Origin: Eledone cirrhosa
Taxonomy: Eukaryota
DNA: 64,000 bases
Direction: 5' to 3'
NCBI GenBank assembly: GCA_964016885.1
Contig: OZ024740.1
Coordinates: forward strand, 135,966,001 to 136,030,000
Shown here: in pieces, positions 12,101-24,531 of the stretch
Numbering within the stretch: position 1 is the first letter of the stretch
Layout of the letters: each line of letters starts with the position of its first letter
Position numbers and translations under genes: made by a program
Notes under the pieces: model-generated
Seen by the model: only the letters and a program-made list of their open reading frames with translations
What the model was told of the DNA's origin: nothing
The model's database searches: none

Positions 12101-12464
12101 GTGATCGTCTTTTTATAGTGTACAAACATTTTTCCTGTGCAATCCAACTGTTCAATATTGCTATTCAGGCAAGGGATCAAAGAGTAAGAGACTTAAAAAT
12201 ACATCCAACAGTTGGTTATACAAGTTACAATAATCTCATTAGACACTATCTTCTTTATCTGTTGCTTGAGTCATACTTTCTCCTGTTTTCGTATTATCTC
12301 ACTATTATTCAAATGGACAGTCATCTTAGATGCAAAGCTACCGATAAAATTTAGTGAACAATTGTGATGGTTTATCCTATAACGCTACTGGGTTGTTCTG
12401 ACATCACTGACGATCTGGTCTTTATATAGGGATTCAAAGAAGAAATATACTGGAATAGTTTTGT

Positions 12465-12692
12465 GGCGGCAGGAGACAGCAGAATCGTTAGAACGTCGGA
12501 CAAAATGCTTTGCGATATTTGTTTCGGTCTTTTACTTTCTGAGTTCAAATCACGTCGAGGTCAATTTTATCTTTAATCCTTCCGTGATTAGTAAAATCAA
12601 ATACCAGTCGAATACTAAGCCAATTTAATCGACTTTCCTCCCTTCATCCCAAATATACCGTGGCTTTGTGCCTAAATTAGAAACCATTATTT
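12465..12692 (+). mobile_element. tRNA-derived SINE (family S1, Meta/MESC-like core)
   Basis: GGCGG...AGAATCGTTAGAACG head, B-box-like GAGTTCAAAT, core TTTAATCCTTCC..., tail TTGTGCCTAAATTAGAAAC. Confidence 0.75.
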
Positions 12693-12871
12693 GTCTTAAA
12701 TTCTCAGGAGAACTTAAACTCAGAAGTACAAGCTGATAAAACACTAGTCAATTTTGCTTTGCTTTATCTGATTTCTCTAGTGAACTAGTACCTACTTGGA
12801 ACTAATTGAATTCGACTTCTGAGATTTAAGTATTTTAATCGTGAACTAATGTTGAGATAGTATTAATAAAG

Positions 12872-13047
12872 TATCGGTAGAGGGTCGGACGCCATGCTTT
12901 CACGCATAGTTACGTCCCTTTACGATCTGAGTTCAAATCCCGCCGAGGTTGACTTTGCCTTTCATCCTTACGGGGTCGATAAAATAAAGTACCAGTAATG
13001 CACTGGGTAATTGCTGGCCTTGTGCCTAAAGTAGAAACAAGTATTAA
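12872..13047 (+). mobile_element. SINE family S1
   Basis: GAGTTCAAATCCCGCCGAGGTTGACTTTGCCTTTCATCCTTACGGGGTCGATAAAATAAAGTACCAG. Confidence 0.85.
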
Positions 13048-15659
13048 TAAACGAAACTATCGAAATTGAACTAACTAAATTACAGTTTAAAATCAAGAAT
13101 TGATGTTGGGGAAATGTTCATTCTTACAAATTGAGGCAATATGGTTTGATGAGCCAGCTTTAATCCAAAACTTATCTTTCCATTTAGTTAGAGATAATAA
13201 AATATCGAAGTGGAATGGAATAGAATGAACATCTGTCGGTTTCGACCAACGTAACAGCATGCTTTTGAAATTAACATGTTAACGGCTGAGCATTTTACAG
13301 ATACGTGTACCCTTAAAATAATTCCCAGTAGGATCTGGCATGATATAGTGTGTGACAATACTGGCCCTTTAAATTGCAGGCATAGTCCATCAGACCGGAT
13401 TCGAAACGGTTTTCGTCTACCCCAATTTCACTCAAAAGGCTTGGTCGACTAGAGACTATAGTAAATGACACATTCCCAAGATGCCACGCAGTGGAATCCA
13501 ACCAGGAAATTTACGATTCCAAAGCGAACTTCTTAATCATTTGACCATGTTGCACCCACAAATCTTGGACTACCAGTCAGAAGAACCAATAATTTCGTAT
13601 TTCGTCACTGATTCAACACAGTGACCGTGGCCAAAACATCCAATCAATTTAGTTGACAAAGCCCACTCAGTAGTAAATTAATGTGTCTTGGTATGGGTAC
13701 AAGGCCACAACTTGTCTCATGTATTTTATCAACCTCGAAAGGTTGAAAAGCAAAGTCGACTTTGGTGGGATTTGAACTAAGAATATGAAGGAACGTAAGT
13801 ATTTTGTTCGATACTCCTAATTTGTCAATGTCATTGTATAGATACCATTCGAAACTGTAAGCACCAAGGGTACTTTAAGCTGGTTACTGTTTCGTTCATT
13901 TGCAATGCTGAGCTCAAACTTTCCTATAGAAACGGAAAGGGATCCCTTCCGATCAAGACTGGCCATGTTTGCGTCTCCGCGGCACAAGCCTGGGAAGAGT
14001 GTTTTGTGGAAAACCAGTAGTCATCAATGCTTGCTAGTGTCATACCACCGATGTTGTCCAAGGGAAAGACAAACGCCAATACTGCTTGGTACTAGTGAAG
14101 TAGTAATTCATTTTTGCTAGCTGAGTGAACTCGAGCAATGTGAAATAGTGTCTTACTGAAGGACATAGCGTACTGCCTGGTCTTGGAATCGAACTCATGG
14201 CTTTACAATCGTGAGCCCAACACCCTAAATACTTGCAAAATCTATCAAGATCCCAGTCTGTTTTCTTCCCTAAAAAATTATGTCATTTACTTATGTCTAA
14301 TTAAACTGACGATTGAAAGCTTTCCCGTCTTCTTTTTTTATGGGGGGTCCCGCATAGTGAACACCGAGTTGCCTTATACACTGTGTACCTTTAAGGCGGT
14401 AGAATGTGTTTTGAGAGCGATTTGACTGCTATTTCTAGCTGATAGAACGACCATGCATAGGTTCCTTTCATCGACTGTAAATACAATAGAAATTATCTTC
14501 AGTTGGATCCCGAAAAGAAAATGTTTTTTAAAGTGCACTCGTGTGCGTGCATGCATATGCTAGCAAGCATGTGAGCGTGTATGTATGTTACAACATTTAG
14601 TTCCATCTAGTTCTTTTTGATTTGAGTTCAAATTGCGTCCATTAAACTTTACCTTTCATTCCTTGGGAATCTATAAGATAATTATCATTAGCATTCTGGT
14701 GTCAATTCCTTCTATTATGTACCCCTCCCGCAATGAGAAATCAATATGTATATGTCAGAAAGAACTTTTTTTCAAACAAGCATTGATTTGATGTTCTGTG
14801 TGTTTGTTTGTGTGTGTGCTTTGTTTCTGATGAGATGTAGTGCCAATTTGTAAAGGAGGAGGTATGTGATCGAATGACTCAACTAGTGCTTTCTTATTGC
14901 TGGTATTTCTTTTATCGACCTCGAAGGAATGAATAGAAGGCAAAGTCATTCCTGGCAGTATTTGAATTCAGAAAGCAGAGACTGGTAACATAAAAGTATA
15001 TATATAGTTAATACTGTTTTCATGATCCTCGTAAATAGACAAACCAGTCTTGCAGAGAACTGATTTTTAAAAAGCGATCTGTAAAAAATAAATAAAATAA
15101 AATAAAATAAAATATAAAAGAAAAAAGAAAATATAAATACAAAGAGTAATAAATGGTAGATAAGAATGGCGTCTCTCATTTCAAACGAAACCAAACGACT
15201 GGAATACATATATATATTTATAAAGCAGCTGCAGCCATTAAACCGCCTTCTTTCTGTCTTTTTTTTTTAATAGTGTATATGGGGAGAGGGTATTATTGGA
15301 GGGATGGGGCGATACGAAATTGACGAACACCCGAAGTCTCTCTCTCCCTCCCTCTTTCTTTCCTTCGCTCCATTTTCTTCTCGCATATTTACATACACGA
15401 AGACGTACTAGGTGAAATCGGAGGAAAAAAAAAGCTGAGATTACACGCTTCTAATCCAGATATTAATTCTGCAGTCTCTTTGTCCTTTAACCTTGCTGCA
15501 CAAGGTCAATTTCTACAACAGAATATTTGAACGTCGCTAGAAACTGAACGTGCAGCCAAGAAGAATTAAATTAGTTTTAAAAAAAGATTAAGCACTTAAT
15601 TCCTTATTCCGCTCTTTCAATGCTCCCTATCAGTTCTACAAGCTTCTAATATTGATTTC

Positions 15660-15855
15660 TAATTTAGACACAAAGCCAAAGTTTATTACATCAACCCAAT
15701 TACTTGACTTGTACTTTATTTTATCGACCCCGGAAGGGTGCCAGGCAAGGTTGACCTCACTGGAGTGGAATTTGAATTCAGAATTTAAAGAGACAACAAA
15801 TACTGCAATGACATTTTATCCGACGGTCTACCAATTCTTACCATCCTCCACCCTT
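15660..15855 (-). mobile_element. SINE family S1 (diverged); other minus copies at ~13690-13830 and 14840-14990
   Basis: Reverse complement of the S1 core (TACTTTATTTTATCGACCCC). Confidence 0.65.
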
Positions 15856-15922
15856 GTTACTTCTAATATTACTACAGTTGTCATTTCTTTCTCTTTAGAA
15901 AACTATCATTTTGGCACTGTTG

Positions 15923-16209
15923 TAGAGGTTCTCAAAGTTTTTTGGCCACGTGATACCCTCCCTATTTCCAGAGAGGCCTGTCTACACACACATTGTAATA
16001 ATATATAATAAATAATATAATATATACTGTGTATAAATAAATATTATATATTTTATTTTACTATATTTATATATAATATGTATCATTTGATATTTAATAT
16101 ACTATTATATCATCTCTACACCCCACCCCAGCGCCCACTGGACCTTCTCAACGCCCTCCGGGGGTGGGGTGGGGAGGGGGTACGGTAGTACCCACTTTGA
16201 GAACCTCTG
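15923..16209. mobile_element. hAT/Charlie-like MITE remnant
   Basis: Inverted ends AGAGGTTCTCAAAG ... CTTTGAGAACCTCTG; no matching 8-bp TSD seen. Confidence 0.45.
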
Positions 16210-16211
16210 CT

Positions 16212-16360
16212 CTACATAGACCGACCGACTGGCTGCATAGACCAACCGACTGACTGCATAGACTGACGGGCAGCATCGGCCGAGGGATGCATAGACCAAT
16301 GGGCTGCATAAACCGACTGGCAGTATAGAGCAGCGGGCTGCATAGACCGACGGGTTGTAT
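16212..16360. repeat. Degenerate ~21-bp minisatellite (GCATAGACCGACCGACTGGCT-like)
   Basis: About 6 diverged units. Confidence 0.7.
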
Positions 16361-16596
16361 GGGTCAATACGCCTCTCACACTCCGTGAATTCCCTTAGCA
16401 ATCGCTTTAATAGCTATAACACGAATAATGTTTCTAGTGTAACACTATCAAATTCTGGAACACCCAGCCTTAGGTCGTTAACCGCATTATGTTAAATTAC
16501 CATACTCCCAGCCGAACTACACTGTTGGTAATAAACATTTGTGGTTCGGTCACTTTCGTACTACATGTACCTAACTGAATACACACACACACACAC

Positions 16597-16677
<81 letters not shown>

Positions 16678-16727
16678 TACATACATACATACATACATAC
16701 ACACATGCATATATGTGTATATATATA

Positions 16728-16880
16728 TAAGAACATTTTTGACCCGACGGCAAAGTTCAAGCCGTCGGCTTGAGCTCTGCCGTCGGGGTCGAACATTTTC
16801 CTATTACCCACTCTACTACGTTAAGTATTGAGTACTCTGGTGCATTATGGTCCATCTGGTTCCTTACCACATCTCCTTCG
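16728..16880 (+). mobile_element. Fold-back mini-PLE remnant (family E)
   Basis: Inverted arms GACCCGACGGC.../...GCCGTCGGGGTC followed by a tail homologous to 20680-20755. Confidence 0.6.
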
Positions 16881-16899
16881 TTATATATATATATTTATT

Positions 16900-17011
16900 T
16901 ATTAAAATAACAGATTAAAGTTTAAGCAAAGAATCGCTGCTTTCACCCTTAACGGGATATATATTTATCCTTATCGAGCCCTCTTTGGATTTTAGTCTTC
17001 AAATTTATTAT

Positions 17012-17012
<1 letters not shown>
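16900..17012. mobile_element. Tiny family-A PLE remnant: inverted pLTR piece plus tail
   Basis: 16900-16958 matches 51615-51672; 16960-17012 matches 55341-55392; TA-flanked. Confidence 0.75.
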
Positions 17013-17046
<34 letters not shown>

Positions 17047-17140
17047 TGTATATATATATTTGTTTTGCAAAGTTTTTTTATATGAAATCGTGTGTTGAAA
17101 CAAATATTGTTATATTTGGGGAGAGTCATATTATTATAAT

Positions 17141-17327
17141 ATTGTTTCTACTTTTGGCACAAGGCTAGCAATTACCCAGTGCATTACTGGTACTTTATTT
17201 TATCGACCACTTAAGGATGAAAGGCAAAGTTAACCTCGGCGAGATCTGAACTCAGAACGTAAAGGGCCGTAACGCTATGCTGCAAAGCATGCGTCCGACC
17301 CTCTACCGAAACTGCCAATCCACCGCC
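17141..17327 (-). mobile_element. SINE family S1 nested in a family-B PLE tail fragment (17062-17450)
   Basis: Full S1 head to tail on the minus strand; flanks rejoin to sequence colinear with the reverse complement of 58120-58250. Confidence 0.8.
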
Positions 17328-17660
17328 AGAAATAATAATAAAACACACTCACTGTTTGGTTTGGATTGGTTTTCGCTTCTGTATATTTTATATCCCTATA
17401 GCTAATTTAGCTGGCAATCAATGTTTATCAATTGACAATCGCCACAGACAGACAAATGCGAGAAAGTTCTCCAACCCAAGTTAACCAGGAATCTTTAAAA
17501 TTCTTCCCACCGAAGTTAATAAAGAACTTACTGGATCTACCAACTCATAATATTATATAATATTATAAAATTAAATCAAAAATTTTTTAACACTACAAGT
17601 GAAGTCATTCTTTTCCTTTTTTTCAAATATACCTAACTGTACCAAGGATATCACACATTT

Positions 17661-17750
<90 letters not shown>

Positions 17751-17796
17751 AAAATAACAGGAGGCTGGACTTGTGTAAATCCTTGAAAGGTTTATT

Positions 17797-17854
17797 ATAC
17801 TATGATCATTTCAATGACCGGGTTCCGTATGAATCCGGTGATATCATCAGGTAT
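17797..17854 (-). ncRNA. Minimal type-I hammerhead ribozyme (inverted pLTR copy, family D)
   Basis: Reverse complement of 20028-20085. Confidence 0.75.
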
Positions 17855-20027
17855 TCGAAATATAATAAATGCATGTAACAGATAAAATCCATGGGGCTGA
17901 AAATCATAGACCCGAAGACGACCGACCATCTAGCATCTTCCACTTTAGCCGGTCGCCCTCAAGTGCTGGCTATTCGGTTTACTTAAGGCTATCTGGTGAG
18001 GGGGCGAAAGCTTATAATGTGCTACTAACCTCCCGGTCAAAGAGAAAAAAAAAAGATAGAAAGAAAGTTATTTTATTATAATATTTAACTCCGTACTCGC
18101 ACCACCAACCTCACAAACGAAGACGGTTGAGCTGCTTTACGTTGAGTACTCTCCATATTATTACATCAAGATTGACCATACGGAATGACCAGCTCTATCC
18201 AGAGGTGAACCTTCAAACCTAAATAAATGCTCCTGAAATGTTGAGCACTTCCAGATGTAATAATGAACAGCGGCATGGGACTGACTTGATCTACTCACCA
18301 TTTGGATTTTGGCTACTCTGCGCCTTGTCTACCGCCCACCTGGTCCAATGCTACTTCCCTGTCGGGAATATTCAGACTTCGACAAAATTCTACGGATTAT
18401 ACCTGTATTGTACTGTACTATATTGACTGAATTATCTACCCTATACTTCAAGGCCTTTGTAATTCACACTGAATTCTGAGGCTCGAACACACACTGATTC
18501 CATCTCTTCCATCCTCTATATCTATATGCATTATCTAACTGCAACTTGATCTATATTGTATTTCCCCTGTGTTTTGATTTCTCCGATATGTTCTTATATA
18601 CTTCCGTTTTAATCCACCACCACCCTAGCTATGACGGCGTTTTATTTATTTTTTTATGTATTTTTTCATTTATTTATTTATTTATATATTTCTACCTTTT
18701 TACTTTATTAATGTGTTTTTATCTTTGTATTCGGCTTTTATTTATCTATGTATTCTTGGTTTTTGTCCACTGTTCCTTTTATTTAGGTTTTTACTCGCTT
18801 TACTCTCATTAAGTACTTATCATTGAACTCATTAGCACCCGACACTAGAATATCTCCCCCTGAGAACCACAATACTTATAACCCGGACTATCTGGGGACC
18901 TAGATATAGTCTATTTGCGCTTTTCATCGGGCTTTATAATTGATTACACGCGATGATCCGACTGGTGTGGTGGTTTTCCTGGCTGCGCGCCCGGCGCTCT
19001 GTTGCGTAAGCCTCCCTTGAGTGCTTGGAAAAACAAATTTCCCCTTCTTTCGGTAAATGAAATTACACGGAGCGGACTGCTTCGCCCCGGGGCCGCCGCG
19101 CCGCCGTTTTTGACCGCCATATAGTACCTTTAAATTCTAGGCCTAATCATAACTATTAGCTGTATCATGCCTCCCTCTACTGGCACTTAAACAAATCCCC
19201 CTCCTGTGTAAATTAATAGTACTCGTTTGGTATAACGATGGCCTAACGACGATGGCTGACTTCCCACTAGCACACCCGAAGCCTAGAACAGTTACATTCC
19301 TCGAGTGCTCGAAAAATTAATTTCCATATCTCTCGCTAGACGGTTTCACTCGGAATGGTTGACACGTGGTTAGGATGGGCTGGCCGGAGTCTGCAGTCGC
19401 CGCGTGCTGTTTGACTGCTAAACAAAGACTTAATCTTTACTCTATATCCCACCCTGAAAACTTATCGAGGATCTCTATAATACACTTAAATTTTTTCATA
19501 AAAGACTTTCTCTGTAAATTCTTTAACTAAATCTCGCAACCCAAACCATAAACTTTTTTTAAACTGTTTAATTTTTAATTTTCAAATTTTTTAAATTTAT
19601 AATTTTAATCTTTAATTTAATCTTTTTTAATTTCATCCTATAAATCTAAACAAAAATTTAACGTTCCAATTTTCTGTTCACCCATTATACCATGCAGACG
19701 CCCACTATATATACCTCTGTTATAATATATACCTCTGTTAAGATATAGGTTCTTTAGAATAACATTTTTCGCGGCAATTCCTAGCCTGATTGTAGCATGA
19801 CATTAACGCTGACTTTTCTTCTTCCTTTCTGTCTTTTTTTTTCTCTTTGACCGGGAGTAGCACATTATAAGCTTTCGCCCCCTCACCAGATAGCCTTAAG
19901 TAGACCGAATAGCCAGCACTTGAGGGCGACCGGCTAAAGTGGAAGATGCTAGATGGTCGGTCGTCCTCGGGTCTATGATTTTCAGCCCCATGGAGTTTAT
20001 CTGTTACATGCATTTATTATATTTCGA

Positions 20028-20085
20028 ATACCTGATGATATCACCGGATTCACACGGAACCCGGTCATTGAAATGATCATAGTAT
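20028..20085 (+). ncRNA. Minimal type-I hammerhead ribozyme (family D)
   Basis: ATAC-CTGATGA-[ACCGG..CCGGT stem II]-GAAA-TGATCA(palindrome)-TA-GTAT. Confidence 0.8.
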
Positions 20086-20291
20086 AATAAACTTTTCAAG
20101 GATTTACATAAGTCCAGCCTCCTGTTATTTTATTATAATATTTAACTCCGTACTCGCACCACCAACTACACAAACGAAGACGGTTGAGCTGCTTTACGTT
20201 GAGTACTCTCCATATTATTACATCAAGATTGACCATACGGAATGATCAGCTCTATCCAGTGGTGAACCTTCAAACCTAAATAAATAAATAA

Positions 20292-20337
<46 letters not shown>

Positions 20338-20341
<4 letters not shown>

Positions 20342-20547
20342 TGTCAAAATGAATGCACCTGTTATTTTTATCTCAAGACATTTTTTCCAATTTCACGCCG
20401 CCCGTCCCTTCAATCTATCTTATTTCTCTGATGAAGGACTAGCGTCCGAAACGTTAAGACCCTCTTCCTGCTATTTCAAGCGTTAACCTAATATATTCCT
20501 TCTATATGCTGTACCGATTGTGTTGTTATTTCTGTTTACCTTTCTTA
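20338..20547 (+). mobile_element. PLE pLTR fragment (family F) with minimal hammerhead at 20425-20459
   Basis: TCT-CTGATGA-A-GGAC-tagc-GTCC-GAAA-CGT-TA-AGA; inverted copy without the HHR at 58930-59100. Confidence 0.75.
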
Positions 20548-20549
20548 TA

Positions 20550-20755
20550 TATATGAAAAGATTCAGGACTCCGGCGGCTGAGCTCTGGCCGTTTCGAGAA
20601 CTAGATCCGAACTGTTCGGATCTAGCTGTCGAAACGGCCGGAGCTCAGCTGTCGGGGTCCTGAATCTTTTCATATTATCATATTACCCACTCTACTACCC
20701 CAAGTATCGAGTACTCTGCTGGGTTATGGTCCACCTGGTATTTTACCACATCCTA
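20550..20755 (+). mobile_element. Fold-back mini-PLE remnant (family E) with the 3' half of a hammerhead
   Basis: ~60-bp inverted arms centred near 20612; GAAA-CGGC..GCTG-TC-GGGG; tail shared with 16800-16870. Confidence 0.65.
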
Positions 20756-21747
20756 TCTGATCCACATTTATTTATTTTTTAACGTGTTCTTTTCTAATTT
20801 ACGGCTAAAGAAATTTCCTATGTTTCGCGACTTTTGGTCCACCCTGTATATATATAATTACATGTTACGTTTGCTTCAAACCCAGGGTTTTGTAGATTCA
20901 GAACGGATTTGTAACTACGCATCAGATGGTCAGTTTCTAACTGCAAACAGACAAAAGTTACACATCTTTCTATGCTTATGCTTTCACAGTGGTTGGCCCC
21001 TCTTCTGTGAGGAGTTTTTACTCTAGTAGTTTCTTTCCGATGAGTATAATCTTAATTTTATAAATCTTTAACTTAGTTTGGTTTTCATTTGTAACTCCAA
21101 AGTGATTGCCCGAGGATGACTGTAATGATGGTTACTTGCAGCATTGTTGAGAGAAATTGCCAATAAAAATAAATTAATGTATAAACCTGCTCTATATCCA
21201 CGAAAACCTAGGTTTTGGGGTCAATCTACTGAATAAGCATTCATAATAAATCATAATTTATATTCTAATCTTAGTATTAAGTGCCCCTGGCTTTATTCAA
21301 CGCCATCAACGTATATATCTATAGAAACACACACAGAAACACACACGCGCGCGCGCGCACACATACGCACACGTACACACACGTACACACACGTGCGCGT
21401 TTAATATTTAATACCAGCCATGTGCAGCCCAGAAGGTGGCTATAAAAAAGATGGATCCTTTTATCATTGATCCCACGTGTTTTTTTTACATTATATTATA
21501 TCATATTGTATCATATATTATATTATGCTTGTGTTGATGAAATTCGGATATAAGCTATTGTACTACCAATTGGTCCAACATCGCAAGGGAATTTTTCGGG
21601 TGCACTACCGATTCTGCAAATCCACCTCTATGGTGTGTGCAATATATCAAATCACTAAATAGTATTTCTTTTCTGTTATATCTTCATTCACTCCGTATTA
21701 ATAACTAAAGTGCATTTCCGACATAAATTTTACTATCTATTTAGTCT

Positions 21748-22030
21748 TCCATACATCTGACCGACCCTCAAGATTGAAGTGCTGAACCTCTTAATTCTAG
21801 TATTCAGTCATAGTGGACAATTGCATTTCATTGTTAATATTCATTTAATGCATTTGTGTTTGAAATCACTGAGAATAACTTTCGCTGCCCATCTATCCAT
21901 CCATACATCAGACAGACTATCAAGATTGAAGTGTTGAACCTCTTAATTCTAGTATGCCGTCGTAATGAACAATTGTATTTCATTGTGAATATTCATTTAA
22001 TGCATTTGTACTTGAAATCACTTAGAGTAT
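21748..22030. repeat. Diverged ~152-bp tandem duplication
   Basis: CCATACATC...CAAGATTGAAGTG..GAACCTCTTAATTCTAGTAT...TGAAATCACT occurs twice. Confidence 0.8.
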
Positions 22031-22736
22031 TTCAAGTTCATTAGCTTTCATCCAGATGACACCAAGCTGTCACAAGAAAAGACCTATTTTAGTTCATTGT
22101 AAATATTCAGTTTGTAAGCGTGAATTAATCATGTACATTCCGTGATCTCTATTTTTCTGGCATTACTCAATAAAGAAACGCGTGTTAATGTGTTAATGTC
22201 ATCAATTCCATAGAAGCCCCCCTAAAAACAATAAAAATGTATAGAAATGAATCATTTCAATTTAAGGATCAAACAAAATATACGCATTACTGCAATAATA
22301 CTTAAAGATACATGCATCCAGTGTCCTTTACAACAAACTAGTGAAGTATATTCCTTTTCATTTCATTTCATGATTATTTTTTCCTACAGAAATATTATTA
22401 GTTATTCATGACAGATATACAAATGAATTCAGTCATTAAGGACGGATTGAGAACTGAAGTGAATGCATCAATTGTAACATAAATACATTACTCCGGGGTG
22501 GACCTTCTAACTAATCCAGCCACACACTAATAAAGGCGTGAATAAGGAAGCTTCGACTTTAGCTGCTTCCTGTATAGAGATAATGTATCGACATATATAT
22601 AAATATTATCACTAGCATCTTCATCCTCCTCCTCCTCCTCTCACTATATTCCTCTAATTTTCTTCAAAATTGTATTCCTCTCTCCCTCTTTCTCCTCCCC
22701 TCCCCCTGCTCCTTCTCCTCCTCATCGTCGCCGTCG

Positions 22737-22782
<46 letters not shown>

Positions 22783-23621
22783 AATCAACATCATCATCAT
22801 AATCAACATCAACATCATCATCACCATCGTCGTTAACGGTAATGCTACAATAATAATTTTGCATTATAAGTTGCATAAAGCTAGAATTTTGTCTGGAAGA
22901 AATATTAATTTAAGCCTGAATTAAATCATCACCATGTTATTGAGAAAGAAAAAGTATTTATTAACAAATTTAAACCAAAATTTAATTATCCAACATCCCG
23001 TAGAAACAAAACAAAGAATGGAAAGCTTAAGCTGATGACACTGGCCAGTCCGCTGGGACCAAGAGGCGGACAAACCTTTAAACAATGAGCAATTTACATT
23101 AGAAAGGCAATAGTAAAAGATAAATAATTAGTTCTGAGGGGAAATAATATTATATAATACACCAGACCTGTCAACTCTCCCCGTCGGACGGGGAGATCTC
23201 CCACCCACTTTGGGGTGGGTGAGATATGTCTTCTCTTGTGAAAATGGGTATAGCTTTCATTATGTAAAATCTCCCCATTTTGCCTCATTTCTCACCGTTT
23301 TTTTTTTCGTGGTGCTCTCTGTTTGGGTTTTTAGAGGTCGGCGGGTCTGAATACACCCTCAGATTTAGAAAATAGAATTTACAAAAAACTAAAAGAACTC
23401 CACAAGGCCAGTCAGTGACACTAAACAGTCATAATGTAATTGATCTAACACTTTTTATTATGCCATCTTTGCCATATCTTCCCATTTATTGATGTCATTT
23501 TATTCTCTTTCTTTTTAATTACATAAAATCTGTTCTATATAACTTTTTCATATGAAATATAAGATTGTTTTTCATCTTCCTTTCATATTGTTATTTACCT
23601 GTTTACACACCACCATAAGGC

Positions 23622-23649
23622 AGGGTTAGGGTTAGGGTTAGGGTTAGGG
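23622..23649 (+). repeat. Short interstitial TTAGGG tract
   Basis: AGGG-TTAGGG x4, immediately before a decayed S1 SINE. Confidence 0.8.
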
Positions 23650-24384
23650 GTTGAAAAAGTCGTTAGAGCGTCGGATTTAATGCATCGCAGTATTTGTTCC
23701 AAATTATCTGCACAGTTTAAATCACACTGATGTCAACTTTACTTTTCCTCATTTCGGAGCCAATAAATAAAGTGCCAGTCTAGGGATTTGGATTGATGCC
23801 TTGCAGTATCTCTTTCGGTCTTTAAACGTCACTTATAAGGAGCTGTGTCAATCATTGCCTTTCCATTGGACAACATCGAAGACATAAAAAGGGGGAAAAG
23901 TGCATACATGAGCGACAGATAGTTTTCCAAAATTAAAAAAAACAACTTTGCCCACGCTTACGCCTTGAAGAACTTTCCAAGCGTAGATCTATGAACGATT
24001 ATATACCATTGCTAAAGGAAGATAATGCTTAGAATTTGAATTTGCATTTCTCTATGCCAGCTATTTATAGCTAAGTATACCGGGCAATTGAGATCGCAAA
24101 TTTCAATAAGTTTGTATATCGTGGGAAATTGTAAATTCAATACACTCATGTAACATACGAACTTATTCAAATTTGTGAAATTCATTAACTAGTGTTTGCC
24201 GATGCAGTCTCCAAATTCATTTAGAAAGAAATTTGTGTATGTACCAGTAACTCTTGATGGAGTTGTAAAGGCGCCATAGTGACTTATAACGCGTCTTGGG
24301 CACTTATACACAGTTAATTTCTTTCAGAGAAGGAGCGAGAGAGAATGATAGAAAGGAAGTTACAAAGAAACATAGAAGAATAAA

Positions 24385-24531
24385 CCGACCACAGTATTAG
24401 ACTGGTACTTTTTTTATCGACATCGAAAGGATTAAAAGCAAAGTTGACCACGGCGAGTTTGAGCTCAGAGTGCAGAGAGCCGGAACGAATACTGCAAAGC
24501 AATCTATCCGACGTTCAAACAATTCGCCGCC
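24385..24531 (-). mobile_element. SINE family S1
   Basis: Reverse complement of the S1 head and core. Confidence 0.7.

Larger units (their letters stand above)
17745..20283 (+). mobile_element. Non-autonomous ORF-less PLE (family D): inverted 5' pLTR, 2.06-kb monomer, direct tail
   Basis: 17745-18066 is the reverse complement of ~19815-20138; 18067-18226 is repeated directly at 20124-20283; (TA)n both sides; no long ORF. Confidence 0.85.

Noticed and set aside
12465-12560. tRNA gene suggested by A/B-box-like motifs
   Set aside because: These are SINE heads in many diverged copies; no cloverleaf.
16212-16360. Repeat-spacer-like GCATAGACC units suggesting CRISPR
   Set aside because: Eukaryotic context, spacers related to each other and variable, no cas genes; a degenerate minisatellite.
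17869-18081. 70/91-aa ORF present twice (also 19738-20013)
   Set aside because: Duplicated only because it lies antisense within the inverted pLTR; no protein features.
20870-20940. Possible minus-strand exon (LETDHLMRSYKSV...)
   Set aside because: Good acceptor but ambiguous donor, no partner exons, no recognisable peptide.
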